Source of the DNA: Patescibacteria group bacterium
GTDB lineage: Bacteria > Patescibacteriota > Patescibacteriia > UM-FILTER-42-10
Direction: 5' to 3'
Assembly (NCBI GenBank): GCA_041664365.1
Contig: JBAYKW010000008.1
Span: 1 to 63,646 of the forward strand
Length of the DNA: 63,646 nt
Part shown: positions 1 to 9,512 of the stretch, in pieces
Layout: the number at the start of each line of letters is the position of its first letter
Numbering within the stretch: the first letter of the stretch is position 1
The notes under the pieces: generated by a model
The model's database searches: none
What the model saw: the letters and a program-made list of their open reading frames with translations, nothing else
Told to the model about the DNA's origin: nothing
Translations under genes and position numbers: made by a program

Positions 1-1
1 T

Positions 2-21
2 CCTGTACCATTCGGTACAGG
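2..21. repeat. Short palindromic element CCTGTACC-attc-GGTACAGG
   Basis: Perfect 8-bp inverted repeat with a 4-nt loop, read directly. Confidence 0.6.
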
Positions 22-102
22 TTTGTCTCGCTTCAACCCTTCAATTCCTAGTTTTAATATAGCGAATCGCGGTAGAAATATTACTAGCTTATAAAATATT
101 TG

Positions 103-177
103 TGGTACCGCCTAGGGGAATTGAACCCCTGTTTTCAGGATGAAAACCTAATGTCCTAACCACTAGACGAAGGCGGC
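103..177 (-). tRNA. tRNA-Glu(TTC)
   Basis: Reverse complement folds as a cloverleaf; anticodon loop TTTTCAT; T-loop GGTTCAATTCC; encoded CCA. Confidence 0.95.
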
Positions 178-251
178 ATAAGCATACTTAACGTATCCTA
201 TCGGAAAATATATTTTTCGTCAATGGTCAGGGAAAGTGTTATAATACTTCC

Positions 252-812
252 ATGATTTACAATATTTTAGTATTTATTCAATTTGCTTTATTGCTGGTGG
301 CAATCGGAATGGTTTTTTATATGGGCTATGTAATGCAGAGTTTTAAAAATCCTGTTCCCTACGTTCCGACAAACCGGAAGACAATTAGAAAAATGATTGA
401 AGCAGCCGGGATAAAAAATGGAGATCGGATTATCGATATAGGGAGCGGTACCGGAAGGATAGTGTTCGCCGTTGCCAAAAAGCATGACGGGGAAGTAATC
501 GGGATTGAAAAATCGCCGATTTTGTATTTAATCTCCCGATTAAAATTGCTATTTCAAAATAAAAAGAAAATAAAATTTGTTAAGGGTGATTTTACCCAAT
601 ATCCCCTGAATGGGATCAATATTGTTATGTGCTTTTTAACACCGGAGGGGCTTTCAATTATTGAAAAAAAATTAACTGATGAACTTTCAGCCGGAGCAAA
701 AATTGTATCTCATTTGTTTCCGTTAAAAAATGCAACTGGTTTTAAAGAGACTAAAGTTTTGCTTAATAAGAAAAAGAAACCAAGTTACCTTTTTATATAT
801 AATAAATTGTAA
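252..812 (+). CDS. Class I SAM-dependent methyltransferase with N-terminal TM helix
   Basis: PYVPT motif, DIGSGTGR SAM-binding motif, GIEKS, KGDF. Confidence 0.85.
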   Translation: MIYNILVFIQFALLLVAIGMVFYMGYVMQSFKNPVPYVPTNRKTIRKMIEAAGIKNGDRIIDIGSGTGRIVFAVAKKHDGEVIGIEKSPILYLISRLKLLFQNKKKIKFVKGDFTQYPLNGINIVMCFLTPEGLSIIEKKLTDELSAGAKIVSHLFPLKNATGFKETKVLLNKKKKPSYLFIYNKL

Positions 813-853
813 TAAAGAGTTTATTAAATAAAAAAAGGGAGAAACTGGACGGT

Positions 854-1030
854 TCAATTTACTCCCCGGAGCGTAATCCGCCGGTTGGCGGGAGGCTCGG
901 TGTCGAGTTTGTGTTTGCGCCCGCATTTCGGGCACTGTTTGGGTGCGTTAAGGATCCATCCGCAAGGACACGTAATCCATTCCCCGATGTGCCGGGGAGT
1001 TTCGTTTGGTGCTTGCTTTAGCGCACTCAT
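854..1030 (-). CDS. 58-aa zinc-ribbon microprotein (below ORF-track cutoff)
   Basis: Hand translation MSALKQAPNETPRHIGEWITCPCGWILNAPKQCPKCGRKHKLDTEPPANRRITLRGVN*; GGGAGG SD; own promoter at 1086-1114; followed by a T-run. Confidence 0.75.
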   Translation of the reverse strand: MSALKQAPNETPRHIGEWITCPCGWILNAPKQCPKCGRKHKLDTEPPANRRITLRGVN

Positions 1031-1085
1031 GGTTGACCTCCCGGGATCGTGGGGTAGAGAAGGAGCAGGCTATTTTGGAAACCCA

Positions 1086-1114
1086 ATGCTAGCACGGATT
1101 ATTAACATAGTCAA
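1086..1114 (-). promoter_or_regulatory. sigma70-type promoter TTGACT-17-TAGCAT
   Basis: Read on the minus strand, upstream of 854..1030. Confidence 0.6.
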
Positions 1115-1179
1115 TGGCCTAAGAAATAAAAAAAGGCGGGAAGAGATGTATCGAAACTTCATTCTTCGCCGCCGTGGAG

Positions 1180-1371
1180 CTATTTGGTCCTGCATGTGCA
1201 CCCGTCCTGGCCTTGAGGTATCAGGGCTCGGCACTCATGACACTGCCGGTAGAGCGGCAGGTCAAAAGCGGACAGAGCGGTCTGACATTCCGGACAGATC
1301 GGCTTTTCTGCCTGTACCGGATGCTTACACTCCGGATTCGGGCAGACCCTGTAGAGTTGTCTGTGTGGCAT
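1180..1371 (-). CDS. 63-aa multi-CxxC (double zinc ribbon-like) protein
   Basis: CPNPEC, CPEC, CHEC, CTC; GGGGGTG SD; hairpin plus T-run downstream. Confidence 0.75.
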   Translation of the reverse strand: MPHRQLYRVCPNPECKHPVQAEKPICPECQTALSAFDLPLYRQCHECRALIPQGQDGCTCRTK

Positions 1372-1440
1372 TACTTACACCCCCTTTCAAGGATGCGGCT
1401 TGCTCGCGTCCCAAGCCATGTTTTGGGATTGGGACAGTAG

Positions 1441-1469
1441 AGATTAGCCCAATATGTAATATTTGTCAA
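1441..1469 (-). promoter_or_regulatory. sigma70-type promoter TTGACA-17-TAATCT
   Basis: Read on the minus strand, upstream of 1180..1371. Confidence 0.65.
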
Positions 1470-1527
1470 TCCTCCCATTATATTTTATAATATAGTTATA
1501 AATAAATATAAATAGGAGGTTGGTTTC

Positions 1528-2013
1528 ATGCCAAAAATAAAATCACAATCTTCAGATAAACTAGTGACGGATGATATTGCGGAGGAAGAGTTCTGGGCGG
1601 ATGCTGTCAAAGAACAGCAAAACGATTCAATTACGGATTCTCCGGAAGTCGATCATGGCGGTTGGTTAGAAGAAAATTATGACGGTCAATTATCAGTTGA
1701 TGTCTATCAGACTGAAGATTCAATTATTATCAAATCAACGATCGCCGGAGTTAAATCAGAGGATATTGATATCTCCATCAATAATGACATGGTTACAATC
1801 CGCGGTCTGCGCCAAAAACAGGAAGAAGTGGCAAAGGAGGATTACTTCTACCAGGAATGTTATTGGGGAGGGTTTTCCCGCTCGATTATTCTTCCGGTTG
1901 AAGTGAAAGAGGATAAGGTTGACGCGGAATTAGAAAATGGAATTTTAACAGTCGTTCTTCCCAGAGCTATCAAGACTAAGGCTACAAGTATTAAGGTTAA
2001 AGAAAAAAAGTAG
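1528..2013 (+). CDS. Hsp20/alpha-crystallin small heat shock protein
   Basis: VDVYQT, E-CYWGGFSRSIILP, A-LENGILTV-LP motifs; AGGAGG SD. Confidence 0.95.
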   Translation: MPKIKSQSSDKLVTDDIAEEEFWADAVKEQQNDSITDSPEVDHGGWLEENYDGQLSVDVYQTEDSIIIKSTIAGVKSEDIDISINNDMVTIRGLRQKQEEVAKEDYFYQECYWGGFSRSIILPVEVKEDKVDAELENGILTVVLPRAIKTKATSIKVKEKK

Positions 2014-2142
2014 TAGCGTGTCTATAAATTCCGATTCAGATACTGAATAGGAATTTAGGGGAATAATATTTATGTCTGGATGCGTATTAGCCCAGAATTC
2101 GTTTAGTTGTGGATGTAAGACTACAGTAATTTGAGATAATTT

Positions 2143-3993
2143 ATGCCAGAAAAAAAAAGCAAAAAGAAAAAAGAGACTGCTGAAAAGAAAACTAACAAGC
2201 AAAAAAGAAAGAGTCATCTCCCGGCGATATTTACAGTTTTGATATGTATCGTTGTTTTTTTTGTTGCTGCCGTCGCAGTTTATTCGAATCTTTATGAACA
2301 GAAGATATACCCCGGTGTTTCGGTAGGACAAAAAAAATTACAGGGTTTATCTTACATGGAAGGAATAGATCAAATTGAAAATGCAATAATTGGTATTGAA
2401 GATGAGGGTTTGGTGTTTATTTATCAAGATACGGAATTGGTCTTAGACTCTAAAATGACAAGCATTGAAAGTGGTGTTGAATATGAAATATTCTATTTTG
2501 ATGGTAATACGATGATTGATGAAGCATATCTGACGGGAAGAAGAGGATCATATTTGAATAAGCTCAGGGATCAATTAGCAGCGCTCATGTTCGGAAGAGA
2601 TATCCCTGTCGAATACTTTTTAGATTTGAGTAAAGTTGAGATTGTTTTGAAAGAAAAATTTTCACAATTTGAATCGCCCCATATTGATGCATCTTTGGCA
2701 GTGAATGATGATTTATCCTTCTCAATTACGAAGGAGCAGTCGGGAAAGGTATTTGATTATGATTTAATAATGAATGAGGTAAAAAATAAATTTGTATCAC
2801 TTCAGCCGGGATCAATAAACATGGAATTAATATTTGATCCGATTCAGATAACACAAAAACAAGCCACTGCATTTTTATCTGATGCGGAAAAAATAGCAAA
2901 GTATGCACCGTTTAAAATAAATTACGATGACAAAGCCTGGGAAATTTCGGAAGAAGAATTCCGCGAATGGTTAAACTTTCTACCCGATGCTCAGTCAGGA
3001 ATCAAAATCGGGTTAGACGGAGAAACAGTTGGAAAATATCTTGATACTTTGCGCGAAGTAGTGGATATCCCGGTATCGGATGGTAAATTCAGAATGGAGG
3101 CGGACAGAGTTGTGGAATTCCAGGGCAGTAGACCGGGGGTAATTATTGATTCAGAAAAAACGATACAGAAAATTACCGAAGATATTATTAACAATAGCGG
3201 TAAAGAAACAAGCCTGGTTGTTAAAACTGAAGAACCGGAAATTTCTGTCGGCAATGTAAATGATCTTGGGATCAAAGAACTGATTGGTACGGGTAAGTCT
3301 GATTTTACCGGCAGCCCCACGAATAGAAGAGCGAATATCAAGCTGGGCGCGGAAAAGTTGAACGGGATATTAATCAAACCCGGAGAGGAATTTTCACTGC
3401 TGAAAGCCCTGGGCAGTTTTGAAGCATCCGAGGGCTGGTTGCCGGAATTGGTGATTAAAGGGAATAAAACTGTCCCTGAGCTTGGTGGTGGCGCATGCCA
3501 GTTCGGAACTACTATGTTTAGGACCGCACTGAATACCGGCCTGCCGATTACTAACCGACAAAATCACTCTTATTCGGTTTCCTACTATTTCCCCGTAGGA
3601 ACGGATGCTACAATTTATGATCCGGCGCCTGATTTTAAATTTATCAATGACACAAAACATTATATTTTAATTCAAACCAAAATTGAAGAAAACATAATGA
3701 CTTTTGAAATGTGGGGTACAAAAGACGGCAGGGTAGCGGAACAGACAACTCCCGTGCTTTCAAATTATGTAAGTCCCCCCGCCACAAAAATAGTGGAGAC
3801 AACTGATCTTGCTCCGGGCGTGACTAAGTGCACGGAGAAGGCACATACCGGCGTAACCGCATCATTTGACTATAAGGTAACTTATGAGGAAGGTGAAGTT
3901 AAAGAACAGAATTTTACCAGCAAATATAAGCCTTGGCAGGAGGTGTGTTTGAAAGGGGTGGAAAAGTTAAGTGAAGAACCTAAGCCAGAATAG
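2143..3993 (+). CDS. VanW-family protein with N-terminal TM and putative PG-binding repeats
   Basis: NRRANI, GEEFS, GGGACQFGTT-FR, R-NHSY-VSYY, G-DATI motifs. Confidence 0.9.
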   Translation: MPEKKSKKKKETAEKKTNKQKRKSHLPAIFTVLICIVVFFVAAVAVYSNLYEQKIYPGVSVGQKKLQGLSYMEGIDQIENAIIGIEDEGLVFIYQDTELVLDSKMTSIESGVEYEIFYFDGNTMIDEAYLTGRRGSYLNKLRDQLAALMFGRDIPVEYFLDLSKVEIVLKEKFSQFESPHIDASLAVNDDLSFSITKEQSGKVFDYDLIMNEVKNKFVSLQPGSINMELIFDPIQITQKQATAFLSDAEKIAKYAPFKINYDDKAWEISEEEFREWLNFLPDAQSGIKIGLDGETVGKYLDTLREVVDIPVSDGKFRMEADRVVEFQGSRPGVIIDSEKTIQKITEDIINNSGKETSLVVKTEEPEISVGNVNDLGIKELIGTGKSDFTGSPTNRRANIKLGAEKLNGILIKPGEEFSLLKALGSFEASEGWLPELVIKGNKTVPELGGGACQFGTTMFRTALNTGLPITNRQNHSYSVSYYFPVGTDATIYDPAPDFKFINDTKHYILIQTKIEENIMTFEMWGTKDGRVAEQTTPVLSNYVSPPATKIVETTDLAPGVTKCTEKAHTGVTASFDYKVTYEEGEVKEQNFTSKYKPWQEVCLKGVEKLSEEPKPE

Positions 3994-3995
3994 CG

Positions 3996-5033
3996 ATGGA
4001 TCCAAATGAATATCTGAAAGGGAAGTTAGAGACTTGCGCTCAAACCGAGTTAAGACCTGTTGATCGCGAGTTTTTTAAATTGTACGGCGTACAGGATTTT
4101 ATTTATCGGATGCTCATGCTTAAGAAATTCAGAAAATGGAAAACAAGTGACGAATATGCCGGTGAAATAAAAAAATCGATAACTTATGCAGTTGCAAAAA
4201 ATGAACCATTCGAACTTTCCTGGTTTTTTGGTGGTTATAAGCTTTGGCGTTTTCCGTCCGCTCCGCTAGTTGATTGGGCGGAACTATTTACAATTTCATA
4301 TCTGGTAGAATATGCATCGATGATTGCAAAAGTGTATGAACCGGGAATTAAAATTGTTTTCTGGGCAGCTCATCCTTCAGTTATGAAACTCCAGAGTAAT
4401 ATTCCGGAAAATGATTGTCAGGAGTATCGCGATTCATTTGATAATCTGCTTAGTATAATTCATCCTTATTTACCGATAAATTTGAAAGTTGAATTAAAGT
4501 CGTTTGAATCTCTGTATCCGAATAATGGAGAATATCAGGCAGAACTTAATCAAATGATTATGGATGTTGAAAATGAATATAAAAACGGATGGACAGCTGA
4601 AAGAAAGGATAAAAAAAATGCATCATCTATTTTAAACATCCAATGGCAGGGTGCTGAGAACTGGGAGTCGCTTTCAAGTGATGAAAAAGAAGAAAAAATA
4701 CGGCGGGGTCCCATAGTACATGACGGTTATTGCCGGCTTTCGAAGATCAGTCAGGCAGTACGCGGTTTAGGAAAAGTTGATTTAACTGCTACACCCATTC
4801 CGGGCGGATCGATCGCTGTTGGAACTTCTGCGTCATCAGTAACCAAGTTCTGGACCGGATTTGGCGTGTTAGAAAAGAGGGGCGATGAATATGTAGAGAG
4901 GATTCTCTCGCCTCAGCAGTTAGAATCGGTGAAAGAGATGCCACATGAGAAGATAAAAAGCAATATTGTTCCATTAAAGAATTTTGAAGAAATATGGATA
5001 TTCAACAATGAAATAAATTTTTCATTGAAATGA
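3996..5033 (+). CDS. Hypothetical protein, distant Dit1/PvcA (isocyanide synthase)-like
   Basis: NEPFEL..FGGYK, DWAELF..SYL, KVYEPGIKI line up by eye with PvcA GEPIEF..AFPAK, DMAERL..SFL, LFYAPGAKI. Confidence 0.5.
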   Translation: MDPNEYLKGKLETCAQTELRPVDREFFKLYGVQDFIYRMLMLKKFRKWKTSDEYAGEIKKSITYAVAKNEPFELSWFFGGYKLWRFPSAPLVDWAELFTISYLVEYASMIAKVYEPGIKIVFWAAHPSVMKLQSNIPENDCQEYRDSFDNLLSIIHPYLPINLKVELKSFESLYPNNGEYQAELNQMIMDVENEYKNGWTAERKDKKNASSILNIQWQGAENWESLSSDEKEEKIRRGPIVHDGYCRLSKISQAVRGLGKVDLTATPIPGGSIAVGTSASSVTKFWTGFGVLEKRGDEYVERILSPQQLESVKEMPHEKIKSNIVPLKNFEEIWIFNNEINFSLK

Positions 5034-5506
5034 TAAAAACAGATAAAAATTTCAAAATTTTAGGATTCTTGATGCCCTGGTTTTTATATTTTGTAATATA
5101 TGGTACTTTATGTTTCACCGGTCGAAGTTCTTTGTATAAAAGCAATGTTTGTGTTGAAGAACCGATGATCAATTACTATTGGGCGGTCATTCTTGCTACA
5201 ATTATGGGTCTCTTTTTTTCTTTCCCAAAATCTAAATTATTCACATGGTTCTTAAGTGCTACAAAATATTTTAGAAATGCCAAAAGCAAAAATAAATTTT
5301 ACTATCAGTTAAAGTCATACATCAATACATTTTTTTGGTCTTTTATCATTATTCTAATATTTTTTTCGCCGTCTTATCTGTATGTTACGAGTAAACGCGG
5401 TCCATATTCGTATTTTTTAATAGTTTCTGTATTTTCAATAATTTATGCAACTGCAGACGCGTTTGTGCCTTTATTTAGAAAGTTTCTTCTTAGAAAGAAA
5501 AAGTAA
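5030..5506 (+). CDS. Hypothetical membrane protein
   Basis: About four hydrophobic segments; ATGA overlap with the upstream gene. Confidence 0.7.
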   Translation: MIKTDKNFKILGFLMPWFLYFVIYGTLCFTGRSSLYKSNVCVEEPMINYYWAVILATIMGLFFSFPKSKLFTWFLSATKYFRNAKSKNKFYYQLKSYINTFFWSFIIILIFFSPSYLYVTSKRGPYSYFLIVSVFSIIYATADAFVPLFRKFLLRKKK

Positions 5507-5559
5507 TTTTATAGCATTAATTGTCTCTCTGAACAAATCAATTTTTAAGGATAAAAAGC

Positions 5560-5742
5560 AAAAACCCCGCAAATTTGTGGGGTTTTGATAATATCCATTG
5601 AACTGCGCTCAAGAGAATTCATCAGAGGAAAGTTCTAGGTAAACCCAGAAAAAACCTAAAGATGAGTTCCCATGCTTGTCGTGAGCGCAGATTAAAAGAT
5701 ACTATCTATAAAGGTGAAGATTTGTCACCTTTTTTAAGGCAA
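5560..5742 (-). ncRNA. Candidate structured non-coding RNA of unknown family
   Basis: Minus-strand promoter TTGACA-17-TATCCT (5749-5777), long imperfect rod hairpin at about 5588-5706, terminator at 5561-5586, no ORF of meaningful length. Confidence 0.45.
5561..5586. terminator. Bidirectional intrinsic terminator
   Basis: AAAACCCCGC-aaattt-GTGGGGTTTT with A/T flanks. Confidence 0.75.
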
Positions 5743-5829
5743 CAGAGTAGGATATCATATTAGATATAACTTGTCAAGGGGGGTAGGAAGTGATAAGATT
5801 TTGGTGTAACTTTACTCAAAAAGACACTA

Positions 5830-6852
5830 ATGGAAGCGGAAAAAATAATTACAGCCAAAGATAAACCGGAGGATAAAACACTGGATCTGACATTGAGACC
5901 GCGCGCGCTCAGTGAGTTTGTCGGGCAGGAAAAAATCAAAAAAAACCTCCAAATATTTATGCAGGCAGCTCAGCAAAGAAAAGAGGCGATTGAGCATACT
6001 TTGGTTTATGGTCCTCCGGGAATCGGTAAAACAACCCTGGCGCATATTATTGCAAATGAAATGGGGGTAAACATCCGTGTTACTTCGGGACCGGCGATAG
6101 AACGTGCGGGAGATCTGGGTGCGATTCTAACCAACTTGAATGACGGAGATATTTTATTTATTGATGAGATCCACCGACTACCAAGGATTGTGGAAGAAAC
6201 ATTATATCCGGCGATGGAAGATTATTCTTTGGATATAGTTGTCGGCAAAGGACCGGCGGCGCGGACGCTTCGCCTGGATCTGCCTCAGTTTACGATTATC
6301 GGTACGACAACCAGAGCCAGTCTGTTATCTGCTCCGCTCCGTGACCGTTTCGGCATTACATACCGGTTAGATGAATATACCGACAAACATATGGAAGAAA
6401 TATTGAGAAGGTCGGCAAAAATATTAGGGATTGATGTTCTGCCCGGCGCTCTGGAAGAAATCGCGAAGCGATCAAGACGCATTCCGCGCATTGCCAACCG
6501 TATTCTGAAGAGAGTAAGAGATTTTGCGCAGGTTGAATCACGAGAAAAAATTGATAAAGAAATAGCGCAGGACGCGCTCAGCCGTCTTGAGATTGATCCT
6601 TTAGGCTTAGATGTCGTGGATCGCAGGATACTTGAGACAATTATCAAAAAGTTTAACGGCGGGCCGGTGGGGATAAACACTATTGCCGCCGCAACCAGTG
6701 AAGAAAAAGAAACGATCGAAGAAATCTACGAACCGTTTCTGCTTCAGATGGGATTTATCGCCCGAACGGCCAGAGGCAGAGTAATAACGGAGCAGGCTTA
6801 TAAACATCTGGGCATAGATTTACCGGGTGATTATCAAAATAAATTGATTTGA
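5830..6852 (+). CDS. ruvB: Holliday junction branch migration helicase RuvB
   Basis: [41 protein letters not shown]. Confidence 0.98.
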   Translation: MEAEKIITAKDKPEDKTLDLTLRPRALSEFVGQEKIKKNLQIFMQAAQQRKEAIEHTLVYGPPGIGKTTLAHIIANEMGVNIRVTSGPAIERAGDLGAILTNLNDGDILFIDEIHRLPRIVEETLYPAMEDYSLDIVVGKGPAARTLRLDLPQFTIIGTTTRASLLSAPLRDRFGITYRLDEYTDKHMEEILRRSAKILGIDVLPGALEEIAKRSRRIPRIANRILKRVRDFAQVESREKIDKEIAQDALSRLEIDPLGLDVVDRRILETIIKKFNGGPVGINTIAAATSEEKETIEEIYEPFLLQMGFIARTARGRVITEQAYKHLGIDLPGDYQNKLI

Positions 6853-6859
6853 AGCGAGA

Positions 6860-7114
6860 ATGACCTTCCCACTTTATGTATTACTAATAGGATATGCGGT
6901 AGTAATTTTCATATATTTAATTTTTAGCGCAATTTTGTTGTATCACATATTCCGTTTTGGGTATTGGGACTCGTCAACCAAGCTGATGGTTTTTCTTTAT
7001 TTTGCCGGCTCACTGGTAATTTTTATTTCAACATTCATTTTCTCCATTGATATTGACTGGTCTGAATCAATTACGCTATTCTCTAATATCCAGTTTAATT
7101 TTTCTTTCAACTAA
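6860..7114 (+). CDS. Small two-TM hypothetical protein
   Basis: Hydrophobic ORF in operon context; YHIFRFG motif. Confidence 0.7.
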   Translation: MTFPLYVLLIGYAVVIFIYLIFSAILLYHIFRFGYWDSSTKLMVFLYFAGSLVIFISTFIFSIDIDWSESITLFSNIQFNFSFN

Positions 7115-7117
7115 CCT

Positions 7118-7726
7118 ATGGATCCATTTAAATATTTTCCAGACAAGAGGCCAAACGAGGAGATCGTTTTGTTGCTGAGAAGACACTGGCACGAAATAAT
7201 AGGGTATTTTCTTGTCTTGATTTTGGAGATTGTTCTGCCGATAATTATTTTTATAGTATTTTTAAGATTTACGGAATTTGTCTGGGATAAGGATTCACCA
7301 ATATCCGTACTGATATTTTTCAGTGCAAGCTCATATTACTTATTTATTTGGCTTTTCTTTTTCCATCATTGGATCGACTATTATTTGGACGTGTGGGTAG
7401 TAACTGACCAAAGAATTATTAATATTGAACAAAAAGCACTTTTTTCCAGGACTGTCTCAGAATTGAATATGAGTACGATACAGGATGTTACCAGTGAGGT
7501 GAAAGGAAAGCTGGCGACCATACTGAAATTTGGCGATGTCCATATTCAAACTGCAGCGGAAGAAAAGCGTTTTGTTTTTGAAAAAATTCCGAATCCCCAG
7601 GAAGTAGCAACAAAAATCACTGAACTTCATAGATTGGCAGAGCATAAGAACGGCTTAAATAATCCGACCAGCCAGTTGCAAAATGATCAATCGGAAGCTA
7701 AAGACAATGTATCTCAAACATTTTAA
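7118..7726 (+). CDS. Membrane protein with bacterial PH (bPH_2) domain
   Basis: LLRRHW, DVWVVTDQRII-IEQ, IQDVT, FGDVHIQTA. Confidence 0.85.
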   Translation: MDPFKYFPDKRPNEEIVLLLRRHWHEIIGYFLVLILEIVLPIIIFIVFLRFTEFVWDKDSPISVLIFFSASSYYLFIWLFFFHHWIDYYLDVWVVTDQRIINIEQKALFSRTVSELNMSTIQDVTSEVKGKLATILKFGDVHIQTAAEEKRFVFEKIPNPQEVATKITELHRLAEHKNGLNNPTSQLQNDQSEAKDNVSQTF

Positions 7727-8738
7727 CTACCTACTTCCTAATAAGCATATAGCGCAAAAGCCCGTTAATCCTCGAGACCACTCGAGACTTTTAGTTTTGG
7801 ATAAAAATAGCGGAGAATTACAGCACAAGCATTTTTACGATATTTCGGAGTTTTTAAACAAAGGGGATGTCGTTGTCATGAATAACTCCAAGGTAATCCC
7901 AGCTAGGTTGCTTGGACAAAAAGAAACCGGCGGGAAGATGGAGATATTTCTTCTGAACAAGGTTGGTAAGGGGCTGTGGGAAGTACTGGTCGGTGGGAAA
8001 GGGCAGAAAGAAAATTTAACTGTTTTATTTCCGAAAAATTTAAAAGCAACGCTGATTGAAAGGAAGGAGGGCGGGACCTGGATTGTAAGTTTTAATAAAA
8101 AAGGTGAGGAGTTTGAAAAACTGTACAAAAAAATCGGTGAAGCTCCGGTACCGCCATACATTAAAGAGAAATCTGATCTGAAAAAATACCAAACGGTGTA
8201 CGCAAAGAAAGAAGGTTCAGTTGCTGCCCCGACCGCCGGCTTTCATTTTACCAAAGGATTAATCAACAGCCTGAAAAGGAAAGGGGTAGAATTCCAGGAG
8301 GTTACCCTGCACGTGGGACTGGGTACGTTCCAGCCGGTAAAGGTATCCGATATTACCAAACATAAAATGCATCCGGAGTTTGTTGATGTACCAAAAGAAA
8401 CATTGGCAAAGTTATGGCAGGCTAAGAAAGATGGACGCAGAATTATTGCGGTCGGTACAACTAGCGTACGTGTATTGGAAACGGTTATGGCCGAATTGAA
8501 GAATAAAAAAAATCCCCCAAAGGAATCTTTCAAAGCATGGGTGAATATTTTTATTTATCCCGGATTCAAGTTCAAATTTGTGGATGCTATGATCACTAAT
8601 TTTCATCTGCCGGAATCAACTCTGCTGATGCTGGTATCCGCTTTTGCCGGCAGGAAGAATATCCTGCGTGCATATGAGATTGCCAAGGAAAAAAACTATC
8701 GTTTTTATAGTTTTGGTGATGCGATGCTGATTAAATAA
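7707..8738 (+). CDS. queA: S-adenosylmethionine:tRNA ribosyltransferase-isomerase
   Basis: IAQKP, PPYI, YQTVYA, GSVAAPTAGFHFT, TLHVGLGTF, VGTTSVR, TNFHLP, YRFYSFGDAM. Start moved to the second ATG. Confidence 0.98.
   Translation: MYLKHFNYLLPNKHIAQKPVNPRDHSRLLVLDKNSGELQHKHFYDISEFLNKGDVVVMNNSKVIPARLLGQKETGGKMEIFLLNKVGKGLWEVLVGGKGQKENLTVLFPKNLKATLIERKEGGTWIVSFNKKGEEFEKLYKKIGEAPVPPYIKEKSDLKKYQTVYAKKEGSVAAPTAGFHFTKGLINSLKRKGVEFQEVTLHVGLGTFQPVKVSDITKHKMHPEFVDVPKETLAKLWQAKKDGRRIIAVGTTSVRVLETVMAELKNKKNPPKESFKAWVNIFIYPGFKFKFVDAMITNFHLPESTLLMLVSAFAGRKNILRAYEIAKEKNYRFYSFGDAMLIK
8689..8738 (+). repeat. queA 3' tail, copy 1 (attL-like, functional gene end)
   Basis: 47/50 identical to 10669-10718; 8679-8738 is 52/60 identical to 13249-13308. 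Confidence 0.9.
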
Positions 8739-8752
8739 GAATCAATAAGAAA

Positions 8753-8780
8753 GAAGCCGCGATTTCGAAATCGCGACTTC
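8753..8780 (+). terminator. Hairpin terminator after queA, homologous to 13319-13345
   Basis: GAAGCCGCGA-tttcgaaa-TCGCGACTTC. Confidence 0.7.
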
Positions 8781-8867
8781 GTTTACTTAATTTAGGCATT
8801 TAAACTCCGAATTTCAATTTACTATAGGTGTAATATAGGCTGTGTACGGGGTAATTGGTGATGTATT

Positions 8868-9506
8868 CTAAAAAAAATTAGCGGTTGGGTTAAGTGGTCG
8901 GTGGAAAGTAATGCCGTTATTGGCAGGTTTATTTTTAAACTCTTGGTCCGTTAATGTTATGCGTATACCATATTCATTATCAATAAATTCATATTTATCA
9001 AAATAATTTATACCCTCTTTATTACCAACCTCTATATTAGGGTCTTCTTTTTGATTTATATAAATATCAATTATTCGGCCTTGTTTTAAATTGAATTTAT
9101 TAGGGATAATAAAGTAACCTGGTATAATTTGGTTGTTAAAAGTATGCAGGGAATCCAAATCAAATATAATGATTTTTAAAATATTAATAGGGATTTTTGA
9201 TTTGATACCTGGTAATTTTTTTATTTGTAGTATATGGCCATTCTTAGATTTAAAATGGGATACACCTGATATATAATGGTAAGTAAATTCTATAAGTTCT
9301 ATATTTAAACGTTTAAATTGTTTATAGTAGTTGTCAATAATTTCACTAGACTTATCTACGTCATATAATGCTCCTCCAAATTTATTTTTTGGGAAACATA
9401 TTTTTACATAAGGCTCCTTGTGTTTATCGGATTCACTTAGTATGTTAAATATTTTAAATAAATTATTTTGATCATCTTTGATTAATAATCTATCTATTTT
9501 TATCAT
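8868..9506 (-). CDS. Hypothetical protein, extremely AT-rich
   Basis: 212-aa ORF rich in I/K/N; no recognised family. Confidence 0.7.
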   Translation of the reverse strand: MIKIDRLLIKDDQNNLFKIFNILSESDKHKEPYVKICFPKNKFGGALYDVDKSSEIIDNYYKQFKRLNIELIEFTYHYISGVSHFKSKNGHILQIKKLPGIKSKIPINILKIIIFDLDSLHTFNNQIIPGYFIIPNKFNLKQGRIIDIYINQKEDPNIEVGNKEGINYFDKYEFIDNEYGIRITLTDQEFKNKPANNGITFHRPLNPTANFF

Positions 9507-9512
9507 ATATTT

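Noticed and set aside
885-1490. 201-aa plus-strand ORF and nested 1174..1440
   Set aside because: Antisense shadows spanning two minus-strand genes that have promoters, SDs and Cys motifs.
5603-5690. SRP RNA, tmRNA or RNase P
   Set aside because: Lacks the SRP domain IV GGAA/GCAG motif, tRNA-like ends and the P4 consensus; kept only as an unknown ncRNA.
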